DNA from: Obrimoposthia wandeli | Taxonomy: Eukaryota | DNA length: 64,000 bases | Reading direction: 5' to 3' | NCBI GenBank assembly: GCA_977020255.1 | Contig: CDROCS010001677.1 | Span: 310,001 to 374,000 of the forward strand | In this document: positions 11,974-25,599 of the stretch, piece by piece | How the letters are laid out: each line of letters begins with the position of its first letter | How positions within the stretch are numbered: position 1 is the first letter of the stretch | The notes under the pieces: model-generated | The model's input: the letters and a program-made list of their open reading frames with translations, nothing else | Told to the model about the DNA's origin: nothing | The model's database searches: none | Position numbers and translations under genes: made by a program

Positions 11974-14328
11974 TTAACAACCCTCTTAAAATCGTCAGAA
12001 CATTTTCACCGGTAAGGGAAAGGCTAAATGTATAAAATTGAAGCAGGTTAAAGTATTCAAATTCATTTACATACAATGTAATTCTGAAGTGCAGTTTCTT
12101 ATAGCGGTTTTTGATTTATGCCTAAACCCAATGAAGTCACAATAACATTGCCATTTCTCCTTTTCGATGACATTCAACTACTTTTAAACTTTTCCCTTTC
12201 GCTCAAAAATGATAACAAACTTTATGTGAAGAAATTTTCAAGAAATTTAACAACAAAAATTTTTGTAAATTAAATATCCGATGAGATAATCATAAACTTA
12301 GAGGGAATGCCATTTGTTAGAAATAGAAATAGTGTTCGTGAAAAAGTATTTGCATTTTGTTACTGAACTTTTTTTACTACCCAAATTTAAAATTGCTATT
12401 TAAATTAGAAAAAATTGAATTGTTTCAAAAATACTTATTTTAAAAAATGTCTTAATTAAATTACCAAATAAAATTCTGATCATTTTGAAAAAAAGAAAGC
12501 GCGTAAAATGATAAACTTCATTCGTTTTCATTTAATTCAATTACATTGCTAAATATTCTTAAAGTTTAGGTTTCTAACGAGGGAATAATTCCAATTGTGC
12601 ATCTGCAATAATTAAAAAAAATTAAATTAATTTTAACATTTATGCTGTTAATATCTGTAGAAGCAGAGAAATTTTGAACTAAACGAACAAATTAACTTTT
12701 TAAAGGCTTTTAAATTTATGAATGTAGATTAAACTAATAATTAATTTATACTAATCTTTGTCATAGAATTAGAACTAAAATCAATAATATTAATGCTTTT
12801 GAATTATTTTTATTTATTCAACAATTTTCATAACTTTATATTAAGATATTTAATAGTACATTTTTAAATAACCGAGTTAAGTATTTAATTTGAAATATAA
12901 GAAATTCAAAAAATAACATTTAATTAATTTCAATAATTTATTCTAATTTAAAATATATATTTAGCAAATATTAAGCATAGATTCGTACTCGATTTAATAT
13001 TTTTAATCTATCAATTTGCGTTTAGTTCCTTGTATAAGAATACACTAAATCTCTTACTAAAATATTTTTTATTAAAAAAGCTAGACATCGTTTATTTAAT
13101 GACTTTGTCAAATTCATTTTCAAAAAGTTTTAGATAAAAAAGATAATCAAAAACTGATTTCAAAAAATATTTTATTAAGAGGTCTAGCGAGTTTTACATA
13201 ATCAGTGAATTATTAATCACAGAACATTTAAAGTTTCTGTTGATAAATTATTTTAGAAATAACATAGTTCTGAATTAGCTGAATTTGCAAAATCTTGAAG
13301 TTAAAAGAAAAATGAGAAAGTACATTATTGCATTCATACAATCTTTAATTCATGAATTACTAAGATTAAAGTTGTAACAATTATTTTGAACTATCCTGTA
13401 CAAAGGAAACGGCGGAAAACGGAATATAAACGGAGGACATATCTTGAACAGCACTTCTAACGAAGTAGCATAAAATCCCAAACAGTGATTTGTAATTTCC
13501 CCAACTGCAGAAGACTATATATAATCAAAATTTAAGCAAATCAATTTTAGATTTACGCATTATTAGTCAATAAATTATTTATCATCTGCTTTTTAAATCA
13601 ATAGCGAATAATCAGAGAATTTATGGTCAGCTAGAAGCACTGGTTTCCTGTACAGCGATACATTCTCCCACGAAAGAGTAAAAATACACCATAAAATAAG
13701 AATGAGCAACTATTCCATGTAAAAAGCATTTCGATTTTCCACTTCTCTTCATATTGGGTGGATGGGCATTTATTTAGATTTCTATCCTTAGCTGATATGT
13801 AGCAATCTGTGGAATGATCTTTAAGTAAAACTTAATTGTATTACAATTTTTAGGCGAAATATACAGAAAATAGTACAACTCAAAATAAATTGAATTAAAA
13901 ACTGATAAAATTGTTTATCTCTATTTGAAAGATAGTATCATCCATTTATCTGTGTAAAAATAACTAAATACAGTATCAGTACAAAATCATGTATATAAAT
14001 ATCTGGTTTGATACTAATATTTTAAAATGTGAGGAATTTGCAACGAAATGTAATATTATTATATTCTATATTTGAAAAGATTTTGGACTACCTTTGTATT
14101 CATCAATAAATGTATATAACTAAAGCAATGCCCTCAAAATATGTTAATTTTGTGCATGAACCCTTTAAAGTTACGTTGAGAGGCTGCTTTAATTATATAA
14201 TATTTCGTGCAAACTAACATTTTTTATCAAAGTACATGAAAACTATATGGTGAGATATTATGAAAACAGTTAAGTTGCACATTTATGAAGCAAGCCTATA
14301 AAAATGGCTAAAGGTCAGCAGCACTCAC

Positions 14329-14636
14329 CATACGGACTGTGCGAGAGGCAGATACGCGCAGTGCCCCATGGACGGTGTTTCCTTCCTCGTTCTGCTGTCG
14401 GTACTTGCGCATGTAGCATATGCTCTTGGAGCGCTCGTGCGGAAGAAGCGATTCTGACAGCTGCATCCATGAGGCTCCGCTGTCGCCAACACTGATGTCA
14501 GCTGCTGCCAATGTTGCCGAGCCTGAGCCGACGTGGTGGGAATAGCGCATCTGTTCTCGCCGCATCTGCTCCGAAGTCAACAGCACCGGGTCGGACTCCA
14601 CATCGGATTTGCCGAACCGGTACATGTACTTGGCGA
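14329..14636 (-). CDS. RAPGEF1: C3G-like exon
   Basis: Acceptor ccccgcag, donor gtgagt; phase 1 to 0. (I)AKYMYRFGKSDVESDP...SICYMRKYRQQNEEG...RTVRM. Confidence 0.75.
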
Positions 14637-15076
14637 CTGCGGGGCACCGAATCAACGTTATGTTGTCAACCAATCAGGTGCAAGCTGTTATGAAAATTCC
14701 AATCGCATTTCCTGCACTTGTGTGTTAAAATTGATAAATATTGATGAGCTGATTTTTTATGTTTCACTTCTAATTTGCGTTTAGTATGGATAACTTTCAA
14801 GATGTTAAATGTAAAAGTTGCAACTTAAACTGATGACAAAAGGCTGGTAAATCTACAATTAATGCCACTATAATGTGCTTTAAGTTAAGTCCATCTGTCT
14901 GTATGTTTTAGTTCAATTCTTGACAAGAGGAGCTAGCTAAATCCATTAAAGATTCCAGAGATGACCAGCAGTTCTCATAACACAACACAATTGTTACCGA
15001 TCAAACTGGCCAATGGTAGCGTCGTACAAACATGAATGGTTCGAGATGAGGAGTCTAGTGGACACACGACACTCAC

Positions 15077-15308
15077 TCGGTGGTAGAGGCTTGCTTGGAG
15101 CAACACCGCCTCCGCTACTGCTGGGAGGGAGTGCCGTGGAAGGGACGATCTGGTTCGCAGCTGAGGTGATGGCGAGATTGACAGCAGCGGCGCGACTGTC
15201 CACGCTAGATAGGAACATGGAACGACTGACGCGCAGACGATCCTCCTTGCTGTGGCGTTTCATCACTTGCAGTTGGGGAGACTTTAGATCCTTTGGAGAC
15301 TGGATAGG
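15077..15308 (-). CDS. RAPGEF1: C3G-like exon
   Basis: Acceptor tatttcatgcag, donor gtgagt; phase 0 to 1. PIQSPKDLKSPQLQVMKRHSKEDRLRVSRS...SKPLPP. Confidence 0.75.
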
Positions 15309-15369
15309 CTGCATGAAATAGAAATCATCAAAATGTTGGTTTTCAAAAAAGAAATTCTGAATCACAAAC

Positions 15370-15543
15370 CGGAGAGGCTAAACTCTGCGGCGGAGGAGCG
15401 ACACCTTGGAAGAGACACGGGGCAGGGCCTTCAGTTGCGAGCGGTGTCGTCATTGATTCGCATCCATTCTCATCGTCTTCGCCTTCCTTGAAACCACCGA
15501 GGTCAGGTCCACTACCGTCAAATTTCAGAGGAGCAAATATCGT
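15370..15543 (-). CDS. RAPGEF1: C3G-like exon
   Basis: Acceptor gatcccgcag, donor gtttgt; 174 nt, phase 0 to 0. TIFAPLKFDGSGPDLGGFKEGEDDENG...QSLASP. Followed by a 61-nt intron (15309-15369). Confidence 0.7.
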
Positions 15544-15619
15544 CTGCGGGATCGGAGTCGGATTTGGAAAATGATATGAGAGTCATCAATCTTTGGAACA
15601 TAAATGTTAAAAGATTGAT

Positions 15620-16330
15620 GTTAATATCTAAAAAACTAAATTGAAAAAGGACCATTTTCGAATTGCAATAAAAGACTCTTGCACAGCAGTGAAATTCGTA
15701 TTCTTTAGCCAGTTTGCTATACGCCGTTTCCATTGGTTTACATCCGCTGCAACCCAATTATTTCTGTACACTTCCGGAGCTAGCTGACCAAAGAGATCTG
15801 CTATGATTGACTTTGACGAAGTTCGACCGATTAGGACTTTAGGCGTATAGTCGATCTTTTCGTCTGCAAGAAATGTCAAAGCTGAATTTGTGTAATGCAA
15901 AGTTGCCTTGTCGGGCCAGAAAAGATGATCCCTACTGATGATATGGCAGATGTTTCTTAAGATATTTTTCAATGTAAAGTTCCTTCTGTATCACCAAACC
16001 AATATCGCATGGCCAGTTACTGTTCAGAAATACTTTTGGGGATCACCGGTATACTACAACATGATAACCGGTGAGAGTGAAATATTTTTATTCGTCGAAA
16101 TTTAAGTTGGTTGTCTGAATTTTTCGACTGACTGACTGAAGTCTTTTGGTCACATTTCTTACACTCGGTTGATTTCTTCAACCATATGACTTTCTTCCAC
16201 TGCCTTTCTTTCATTAGATGTTCTTAAAGTTTGGTAACATGTTCTCCTTGACACCCTTGCACAAAATGAAACGCTGTGGCTGGTTTACCTTCATTTTACT
16301 GTGGCAATTAAGTATGGCCATCTCTGTTGC
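15620..16330 (-). mobile_element. IS630/Tc1/mariner transposase relic
   Basis: LFWPDKATLHYT..FLADEKIDYTPK...FGQLAPEVYRNNWVAADVNQWKRRI resembles ITm FWPDLASxHY and WxxLKxxVY..W.A motifs. Frameshifts and stops present. Confidence 0.65.
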
Positions 16331-17279
16331 GACGTGATGCTTCTTTACAGAACGAATGCAAAAACTGATGCTATGTGATATAAATAATGTGACCTTTAGT
16401 CCTATAACTAATTATGATACAACCAAACTATTGGCGGAACACATGCATTCAGAGCTAATCGAAAGTTAGGAATATTTTTAACTGACGCCCATTACTAAAA
16501 ATCAGTGGATGTCTGTCTGCGGCTGGGATCCTCCTTTACGACAAGAAGGAACCAATGAATTTTGATGGGGATTTTAAAGCAAAAATACATTTCAAAATGA
16601 ATATACAGGGCTCATTATAATGTAACTATTATATTGTAGTTTTACTTTGTTGGTTTGTGTCGTCAAGGAAATAATTTTAGAAATAGCATTGACAAATTCT
16701 GTTTTTATTAAATATTCATTCAGCTGCACGAAGCAATGGAGAGAAGCAGCCTGTCAAATGTATGGTGACCGGAAATTGTCGACATCAAATTAGATAAAGT
16801 TTCAGCAAATTGTAATCAAAAATTCGAACAAGAGCGAAAAAATGATACAAATTCCAGTGTTGTCAGTTGCTTAAATCACTATTTAATTTACAAAATAAGG
16901 ATTTTGGTGCCAATTCGAATTTCTTCCGTAGAAAAGATGTTAGATCCGGAGAAAATGAGTTGCCACAACCATGAATTGAATCACAGTCTCACTACTTGCA
17001 AGTCGCGCATTCTCTCACTGAACTATCGCTACAAATTGCCGAATGAGAATCATGTATTTCAAATTGATAGCAGCTGAATTCTGTCAAATATTCATTTCAC
17101 ACATGGAGCAGTTTTACTTTTGTTGATATACAGTAACCTGGAAGATTAATTCACCTCTAATCTGGAAACTTTGGAGGGAAATCCAAGAAGTCCATAAAAT
17201 CGTATTGATTTTCTATAACAATAACATTAATATATTTAATATTACCCAAATAAATAATTTATTACTCGTTTTGCAACAT

Positions 17280-17600
17280 ATTTTCTGAATAGCAAAGTCT
17301 TCAGCTGCTTCTTGAATTGTCAACATTGTAACAGTTTCTACATTCATCGGTAAATTTTTGTAAAGCTTCAGAGCATAAATTTAAAAAAGTCTATCACTCT
17401 GTTAATAGAGAATTTACAGTCCCCAATCTACAGTCATCATAGTTGCTCCTGAGATGCATATACATGCTCACTGCACCTCGCATGAGGAGATCATATAATA
17501 TGTGGGCTTTTGTGAATAGAGAATACCCTTTATGATAATAAAAAGGATCTTGAATTCATTTCTGGCATTGTTCGGTAGCCAATGGAACTTCACTCAACGT
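17280..17600 (-). repeat. Copy 1 of an unclassified interspersed repeat (transposase-like relic)
   Basis: Alignable by eye to 25700-26010 (aatagcaaagtctt..gctgcttcttga; ctgagatgcatatac; cttgaattca..tctggcattg) and to 50140-50260 in inverted orientation. Confidence 0.65.
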
Positions 17601-18962
17601 TCAGTTGTACTAGTACTTTTTTTTAAATTTAAATATAATTTTGACGCCTTTTTTCAATAAAGAATTTTGAAAATCAAGTCTTGATATAATAATCGTATGA
17701 GTTAGCATTGTACTTATCTCAGTTGACTGTTATATTTTTATAAGGCTGTTACATGCTCTCATCACTCTATTAATTTGAGATGTCATTGTAATATTTTCAT
17801 CCGGGACGCAACCAATATTCTTTATATTACTTTTAAATTTAATAATATTCTCTTCATCATGTATTGTCTTGATTTAATCCATGTGGCTATTTAATTAATG
17901 AAATTTCCCATTTCAGAAATTGTGATTTGATAGATTAGATCAAAATCAACATACAAATTGCGTCAACAGCATAAAAGTGGAAATTCAAATTTCATTTCTT
18001 AAAATTCATTTCAATTAAAGCAAGATAAAATAAAAACCAAATCGAATCACGAGGAACGCCGCATTGTAAGTATTCAGAACATGAGACAGTGTCATCAATT
18101 ATAACAGAATGTTAGCACAAAAGTAAATAACTTTGAAACTAATTCAGCTGCTTTTCATTGCTTCCAATATTTTGAAGTCTTTGAATAATTTTCTATGATC
18201 AAAATAGATATTATAAGAGATAGAATTTGGTCCAGAAGTATCATAAGTACACATTGTCCATTATTTCAACATTTTAATAGAAAGTTCAGTGATAATTACA
18301 GTAGTTGTTCTGAAAGAGATTTAAATCGTATTGTAACAAATCAGTGTTCAAATTAGACAATTTTCTCTGTCTTTACCAATGTCAACTAATCCATCTGCTC
18401 TTCAAGCTCAGTGACTGCAGTATAAACGATTGAAGGACGAGCCAAATTGATCGTGCTGTGGTGACCAATTAACCCACTCAACATGCTGCAGCACCATGGC
18501 AGAATGTCTATTAATAGAACAACTATCGATTTACTGTAGCTGCATCTCGGAGTCTGATGAATAAGAGACCCTTAATTGGCACAAGTTCACGATGACGATG
18601 CTGATGATGAGTTCCAATAATCGAGTCGATAAGCAAAATCACCACAACACTGCTAAGGCGTTTGTGTACGGAAGAGTTGTGAAAATCAATTGGCTGCACC
18701 GATCTGCTACCATCTATACACCAAAATTTACCGTTTCGAACTATTAATAGAAGACGTCTGACGACAAACAAATATTTTGTCTATTTTTCACATACAAAGA
18801 TTCAAGCAAAGCGTAAGCAAAGAAGTTGTATTACATCTATTTGTCTCTCTACCTGGTTGTTTGACTGACTGAATTCAATTTGCAACAAAAAGCCTATGTC
18901 TTTCAATGATATTTTAGCATGTCTAGGCGTTTATTGTGAGGGCCTTGGTAACAAAATATTAG

Positions 18963-19199
18963 CTAATAGCCATTTAATGAATCCAAAATCGGTTGGTCAT
19001 CAGTAGGAGATATCGTGTCTTTCGGAACGAAGACATTACCACCTCCACCTCTAGACAAAGGCCGTTCTTTGTGTCGTGGGGGTAATGTCCTTGTTCTCGA
19101 AAGACACACATCCCCTATTGTCATCGACCTCAACCACAGCCTCTCAACTACTCTTGATATTATTTCTAAATCTGCCATTTCCCTATTAGCCAAAAATGT
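18963..19199 (-). CDS. Possible alternative terminal exon of the C3G-like gene
   Basis: Acceptor tatattttcag in phase 0 (compatible with the donor after 21222). Open frame TFLANREMADLEIIS...LDSLNGY*, in a GC-richer island. Confidence 0.3.
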   Translation of the reverse strand, partial: TFLANREMADLEIISRVVERLWLRSMTIGDVCLSRTRTLPPRHKERPLSRGGGGNVFVPKDTISPTDDQPILDSLNGY

Positions 19200-21221
19200 C
19201 TGAAAATATACTTTGAAAGACTGTTAAATGATCTAAATCTGAAATGGACATACCCAATAGCTCTCTTACGATTTTTTATCATTTTGTCTTTGCGACAAAT
19301 CTGCGAAGAAACCTACTATTTAATATCGGTTTATATATATGCACATTAAAATAAGATGCTTAATAATAACTAGCCAATTAATAGGAAGAAATATTATAAC
19401 ACACAGTTAATTTGGGTGAAATACACCTATATAAAGTTTATTTACCTGAAACAAAATACATTATAACGAGTTTGTAGGTGCTCCTTCTTAAGTGCGCCGG
19501 GGTATAGTCAAATAGTCGTACTTTATGCATTGTTAAACTGCTATTTGAATGCTCACAGTAATGTATCTAAAGATTGGAATAATTCCGGAAGCAGTGGAAT
19601 GCATAGTCCTACACTAAAATTTATCTGTCCCTAAATTGGATTTATCGAGAAATTCTGGTTCATTAATGCAACTCTAAATGTATCCGGCGGCATTTTATTC
19701 AAGACTGAAAATCTCATTTCTCTCTATGTGGAGTACACATTTTAAAATAAGAAATATTTCTCTCAGTGCGAAAATATGCAATGTTGCTGTATTGTCAATC
19801 AAAATCAAAAATCACACATCTTAAATTGTCTCCACTTGTGCCAGACTTTATTGGTCGTCAACAACATCGTACGTCATAGATGTGTTCGTCATTCATTATA
19901 CATAAATTTATTACTTATAAAATAAAAGTAGTAAATAATAACTATTTTAAAATGTAGATTTTCTAAAGTATCAATTGTGCTGGTTTCAATTCCAATTTGT
20001 GTACAAAAATCTGCATCAATATACCCTTTAAAAGGATGCAAAGAAAATTCATAATTAATCATCTGTATTGAATATGAATTATTGAAAATGTTAACATTAC
20101 TGATACAGTAATTCTCTAAAGGTCAATTTCTAGCCTACTTCAGTGAAATTTCCGGTTAACCAGAGTGCATAGAAATGGAATTAATTTTAAAAACTGAATA
20201 CATCTGTAACCAAAATATGTCTGCACAAAAAATCTTAATTTTTCTGCAACAAATTAACTTAAAATACTGAACTAAAATAAGTAATACACAATAAATTGAT
20301 ACATTATTTATATTCAATTAAATTTTTGCTATTGTTAGTACTAAGATTTCCCAGAAAGTGTAACGAAAATATGTTATATAAGCGGAAATTTTAAATTCCA
20401 AAAAAGAAAATCGCTTTATTTAAATCTTAGAGGCCTATATGTGATTGATTCCTAGACAACGTCATAAAAACCGTATTTGCTCAGCGCTTGAGAAACATAT
20501 TATAATAAAAAGACGTTTATTACTAATTTGAATAGTTTCCAACTAGACCAAGTCAACAGGCACATTTTAGATCCTTGAAAAGCGATGAAAATAAAGATAA
20601 AAGTATCCCTATTAGCGCCATGTCACCAAGTAACATGACAACAAATATTTAAAAGTGGAAATGACAAATCTTCTTCATATTTAAAAAATATTTGTTTCCA
20701 ATAATGTTTAAATATGATCTTCTGAATTAAATTATTAAATTATTGTTCAAATGCTACGTTGCTATGGTTTTCATAAATTTATGCATTTAAAATCAATTTT
20801 CAAATGAAATAATCTACTTAATGAAGTCACTTTGATGTTAAGAAAAGTTTAGGTAAGTTTTAAACCCTCCAAAAGAATTGGGGTTGAATTAATTATCAAG
20901 AAATTGAAGGCGTTTAGAGATTCATTGCTGATGGAGTTTACGATAAATCCCAAATTGATAATCTTAATTCTTTAGCTACTAGTTTTAAATTTATATGATA
21001 CATTTCGATTTCAATTAGTCCAAACTCTTCCAAAATTTGAGAAATATTTAATAAAAGACTTCACTATCATTTTCTTGATATGTCTATTAAAAATATATAT
21101 ATATGTAAGAATTGGTTAAAAAAGTAAATTAAACTAAAATGACCTTGACATTAAAACTTGATACCTTTTAAAATATTGCGCTTCAGCATATTAAAGATAA
21201 CTCGGATAAAATGTTGCTCAC

Positions 21222-21470
21222 CTTCCGGATTTTGATCTTCTCAATTACGATTCGTTTCTTCATCTTTCGACGGTACTTTTGACCATCGATTTCAAAGTAC
21301 TCAAAGTATTCTTCCGTGTCGGACTTGATTTCTGAATCACACTGTACTCCGTCTTCATCGTGCGATTCACTGGCCACATCCCCGTTGCCCGGCTCCAGTT
21401 GCCCGGTCGTCCCTGGCAAGGGGGCAGAGCGATTGGAGAGCTGGCTGCAGCCACTTTGCCGATTCGTCGT
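21222..21470 (-). CDS. RAPGEF1: C3G-like exon
   Basis: Acceptor cttgttcag, donor gtgagc; 249 nt, phase 0 to 0. TTNRQSG...EYFEIDGQKYRRKMKKRIVIEKIKIRK. Confidence 0.8.
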
Positions 21471-21606
21471 CTGAACAAGCATCAGTGACAATGTGAAAAT
21501 ATCGATTTCATACAGCGTGCACCACCAGAAATTTGAGGTGACGTATTTCTATTTTCCGGAATTGTTTTAGATTTTTACAATTTCAAAAAACAGGTTGATT
21601 AAAATA

Positions 21607-22306
21607 CAGGGTATCCCAAAAGTTAGTGAACCCCTAAATAGATTTGTGTTTCCTTGGTTTTATGTGTTCCAAAACAGATAGTTGGTCCTTATTTAGTGTA
21701 TTTACACAATGTATACTTTCCTCCGATTGGAGCTTGTTGGAAACTGAATGGACATGTGAACAGACACAATTGTGTCTATGGGGGAACTGAGAACCTACAC
21801 CACATTATCGATCACGAACTCAATTTCTGGGGATGAATATGCAGCACTGGCATAATTGGCCCAGTCTTCTTTCAAGAGACTGTTTATGGTGAACTTCATT
21901 TCCAAATGGTGCTCATCCTCACTACGCCATATGTTTGACAATGGCTTGAAGAGACACTTCGCTTGGACACGTGGGCCAATCGTATGGCCTGCAGGATCAC
22001 AAGATCTTACCACATCTGATTTCTTCTTCAAGGGAGTTCTCACAAATGCTTCTAAGCAACGATCTTTTGATGAACTGAAACAAAGTATTCGGCATGAATA
22101 GAACCAAATTTCTGAGGACACTTGGAGGAAAGTATATGGCAGTGTTAGAGGATTTTGAGTTGCGGCTAACGACAGTCACGAACCTATGTAAATAATTGGC
22201 AATACTTGTTTGTATTGTTTAATGAAATTGTTTAATATTAATGAAAAATTTCTTAATTTTATAAAAATGATTTTTTAGCCATTGTGTTACTTTTGGGACA
22301 ATGTGT
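21607..22306 (+). mobile_element. Internally deleted ITm element (rosa/DD41D-like signature)
   Basis: Starts TA-CAGGGTATCCCAAAAGT, with an inverted remnant ACTTTTGGGA near 22290. Decayed WKLNGHVNRHNC, GIIGPVFF and RGPIVWPAGSQDLTTSDFFF match HLNGxVNxQN / IIGPYFF / WPPRSPDLTPLDFF. Confidence 0.8.
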
Positions 22307-22418
22307 TATGTTTGGTTGAAGATAGTTGAGGTTACGATTTGTAATTAGATACGACTTATGATTTGTAAATAAAAAATAAAATAACTTATATGATAAGATA
22401 ATAATATAATAAGAGTTG

Positions 22419-22876
22419 GTGAATGAATGAATGAATAAGAGAGTGAGAGTAAATGAGTAAATGAATGAATGAGAGAGTGAGTGAAAATGAAAGTGAATGA
22501 GAGTGAGTGAATGAATGAGTGATTGAGAGAGTAAGTGAGTTAGAGAATAAGTGAGTGAGAGAGAGTAAATGAGTGAAAGAGAGTAAGTGAGTGAGAGAGA
22601 GTAAGTGAGTGAGTTAAATATTATTAAGTAAGTGAGTGAGAGAGTAAGTGAGTGAGAGAGTAAGTGAGTGAGAGTAAGTGAGTGAGAGAGTAAGTGAGTG
22701 AGAGTAAGTGAGTGAGAGAGTAAGTGAGTGAGAGTAAGTGAGTGAGAGAGTAAGTTAGTGAGAGAGTAAGTTAGTGAGAGAGTGAGTAAATGAGTAAATA
22801 ATGAATGAGTGAGAATGAAAATGAGAGTGGATAAGAGTGAGTGAATGTATGAGTGAGAGTGCGAGTGCTGATGAGT
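22419..22876. repeat. Compound GAGT/GAAT/GTAA microsatellite with a 30-bp higher-order unit
   Basis: The unit agagtaagtgagtgagagagtaagtgagtg repeats exactly from 22641 to about 22754, with degenerate flanks. The array abuts the exon donor at 22880. Confidence 0.95.
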
Positions 22877-22880
22877 GTAC

Positions 22881-23177
22881 CTTATTCCCATCCACAAATT
22901 GGGCTGTAGCGGCAGCAGCAATGATGTCAACGTCGTCGCGCATGTCATGCAGACTGAGTAGTTGGTCAGGGTCGGTAACAAAGGTGGGGATCTGCTTGGC
23001 CATCAGCTGGTGTTTGTGCCGCTTCTGGTTACTGATTCTGTTGAGGGAGGGGCCACTGGGAGTAGAGGCTGAGGATAGATCACTGCGCACAGACGATGCA
23101 GGAGAGGCGGAACGAGGCTCGTGGGATCGGCGACACTCACTGAGAGGCGGGTCGCGGGGTCGAGTACGACGTTGGAG
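22881..23177 (-). CDS. RAPGEF1: C3G-like exon
   Basis: Acceptor gtcgtgcag, donor gtacac; 297 nt, phase 0 to 0. LQRRTRPRDPPLSEC...AQFVDGNK. Confidence 0.8.
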
Positions 23178-23384
23178 CTGCACGACACACAGAGCTAGAC
23201 TCAACGAAATCCAATATTTCAATCGAAGTATAGAAAACTAATCAATATTCATTATATTAATAATATTTAACTTTTTTATCTTTCTCTGTTTTTTTTCTTC
23301 CATTTTACATTTTTAATTTCAAACCTCCAATTTTACCCTTAAATGAAATAACATATCTCTAGGCTAAATTTCTTAGTTTCCGTT

Positions 23385-23654
23385 TCATCGGGAATATGAG
23401 ATACCGAAAAAATCAGCAAACAATTTTTTATTTACAGAATAACAATTTGAGATGAAAATGAAACAGTGTAATGAAATGCTCGTATTGGTTTCTAATAGAT
23501 TCCATTGTTGAAAACGTGCGCCAAATATCTCAGCTTGCCGCTTAGAAAGATTCAAATCTCTAACTAAGTCCTTTAACTGGCCCTGACTTATTAATACAGG
23601 TTCTCTAGAATCATGCATCACCTTAATTATCTCTTCAGTATCTAATTCTGACAT
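23385..23654 (-). mobile_element. Chapaev3-like (CMC) transposase relic
   Basis: EPVLISQGQLKDLVRDLNLSKRQAEIFGARFQQWNLLETNTSIS matches the recalled Chapaev3 motif SQxELNDLVRDLxLSKxxAELLGSRLxxxNLL. Confidence 0.6.
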
Positions 23655-25599
23655 AGAGATTTTTAAAATTGAAATGATAATTTAATTAAACAAAGATAAA
23701 AAGTGCAATAAATTTATTCAAAGATGAAAAGAGCAATTAATTTATTACAAATTTGTGTGCATAATAACAAAAAATGAGATTAAATAAATCCAGGTAGTAA
23801 CTGCAAAACCACTCAACACTCAACACTCAACAATGTCCAGTAACAACCCAGAATCGTGAGCAAATTGTCTGGAGAGGAAATGCCAGTGCAAGTTTAGGCT
23901 GTTCAGAAATTGGTTCGTCTGATTGTTGGGGATGAAAGTTGACAATAATATCTGCATCTGTGACACATATTTGTTTTCGTTGCTGTCTTCTTGACTTTGA
24001 CATGGAGTAATTGAAGTGAGAAAACTGTACATGAAGTGCTCATTGTTGTATTTGAGTTGGTTTTAATTTCAACGATTTACACTTTGACAACCTTCCTTCA
24101 GGAGACTGCATACAGTTTGGTTGTCTTTTCCTCGCAAAAAGATCGATAGTACAGCTAGCTTTCATCCACAATATGTACATACACAAAGTTAAGATATAGG
24201 TGTAAACACAACGACTTATATAACGTATATTAATGTGTACTGGTTGGCTTTCACAAGACATAAAATTAAATTCATTTGGTAGCATATAAATGATGAGTGC
24301 TGCAGGAGAGTAAATAAAAGTCAGTTGCAATACAAAATATGCTGAAAAATTATATCAACTGATCCTCCCCTAAATCTAATATTATTATCCAAATCCTCCT
24401 TTCGATCTCATTTGTCGCCTGGCTTCTAAACTTCATGCCCAGGGGCCACAGGGCCAATTGTTTAGAACCACTGACATAAACGATGAGCTGGCTACATCAA
24501 ACTTGACAATTCAGTGACCCGATTAGTCATGCGCAACTGGAATCTCACTGGACTTCGGTATATCTTATTCCGCTTAGTGGATATACAACTTAGATCCACA
24601 CGGCATCGAGGCTGATTCTATTAAGTTTATCAAACTGATAGGGTCACTTTGAAAGAAATTGGGCTACATTTTAAAAGCATGCTATTTAACTATTTTTACC
24701 ATTTAATTCTTTTAGATGTGTACTCGTAAATGACAGAGAAACGATATTTCTCCCTGTTAAATCATTGGATCCATCAGTAGTAATTGTTATTATTTTTTAT
24801 TATGTTAGCTTGATTTTTTTAAAATACAAGATTCACTGCATCAAGTACATTACCGCAATATTAATACAAGTTGATAATTGAGCAGTGCCCGAAGAGTCTT
24901 TAGATTCATCAAGAACTAAACTTAAATAAACTCAATTTGGAATTGTTCAATTGGATAATTTTGTACTCTCGTCAGGTATGCCTAACTTCCCTAACTCACC
25001 ATCAATAAAGCGTTTACATTTTAGCCAGTAAATGAGTTATCCGACAGCTTATTGGTGTAGATTCTTGTCGATTTGTTATTATTGAGAAATAAAGACGACA
25101 GAACTCAAATTCCAAAAGATACAGATACAATCATTTTTGGGGCCTAAGTAATGTGGAATAATTTACGTTTTGATCTAGAAGTTCACTAGGAAGACGAATC
25201 CATCGTTCGAGAGAAAAAGTGATCATATGTGAGTCAGTGTTGAAATCGGGTGTAGAATAACAAAATAGCGATTCATTTGGAGACAGTGAGACTGAGAAAT
25301 TAACTCTTTGTAGTAGAAAAGAAACCAGAACAAAGTTGAAGCATCGGAGTTGTCACTGAAACTCACACAGCAAAGTTGGATCATCTAATCCGCTTATTCT
25401 GCTGAATCCATCAACTTTCTGACATCGGCAATATTTATACAAAAATAAGAAAATAAATTAGGCAAGTTCTGCAAAATAAATATCGTTTTGGCTTAAGATT
25501 TTATGCAAAAAAACTACTTAGAGTTTTTGTTTATTGAAGCGCATTAAAAAAATTATTTCTTTTTCAATATTAAAATATTACATTTCTGAAAGTTAAAAA

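Noticed and set aside
22259-22981. 240-aa ORF rich in L/S/H/T
   Set aside because: Produced by the stop-free ACTC/TCAC microsatellite and overlaps a real exon in a different frame.
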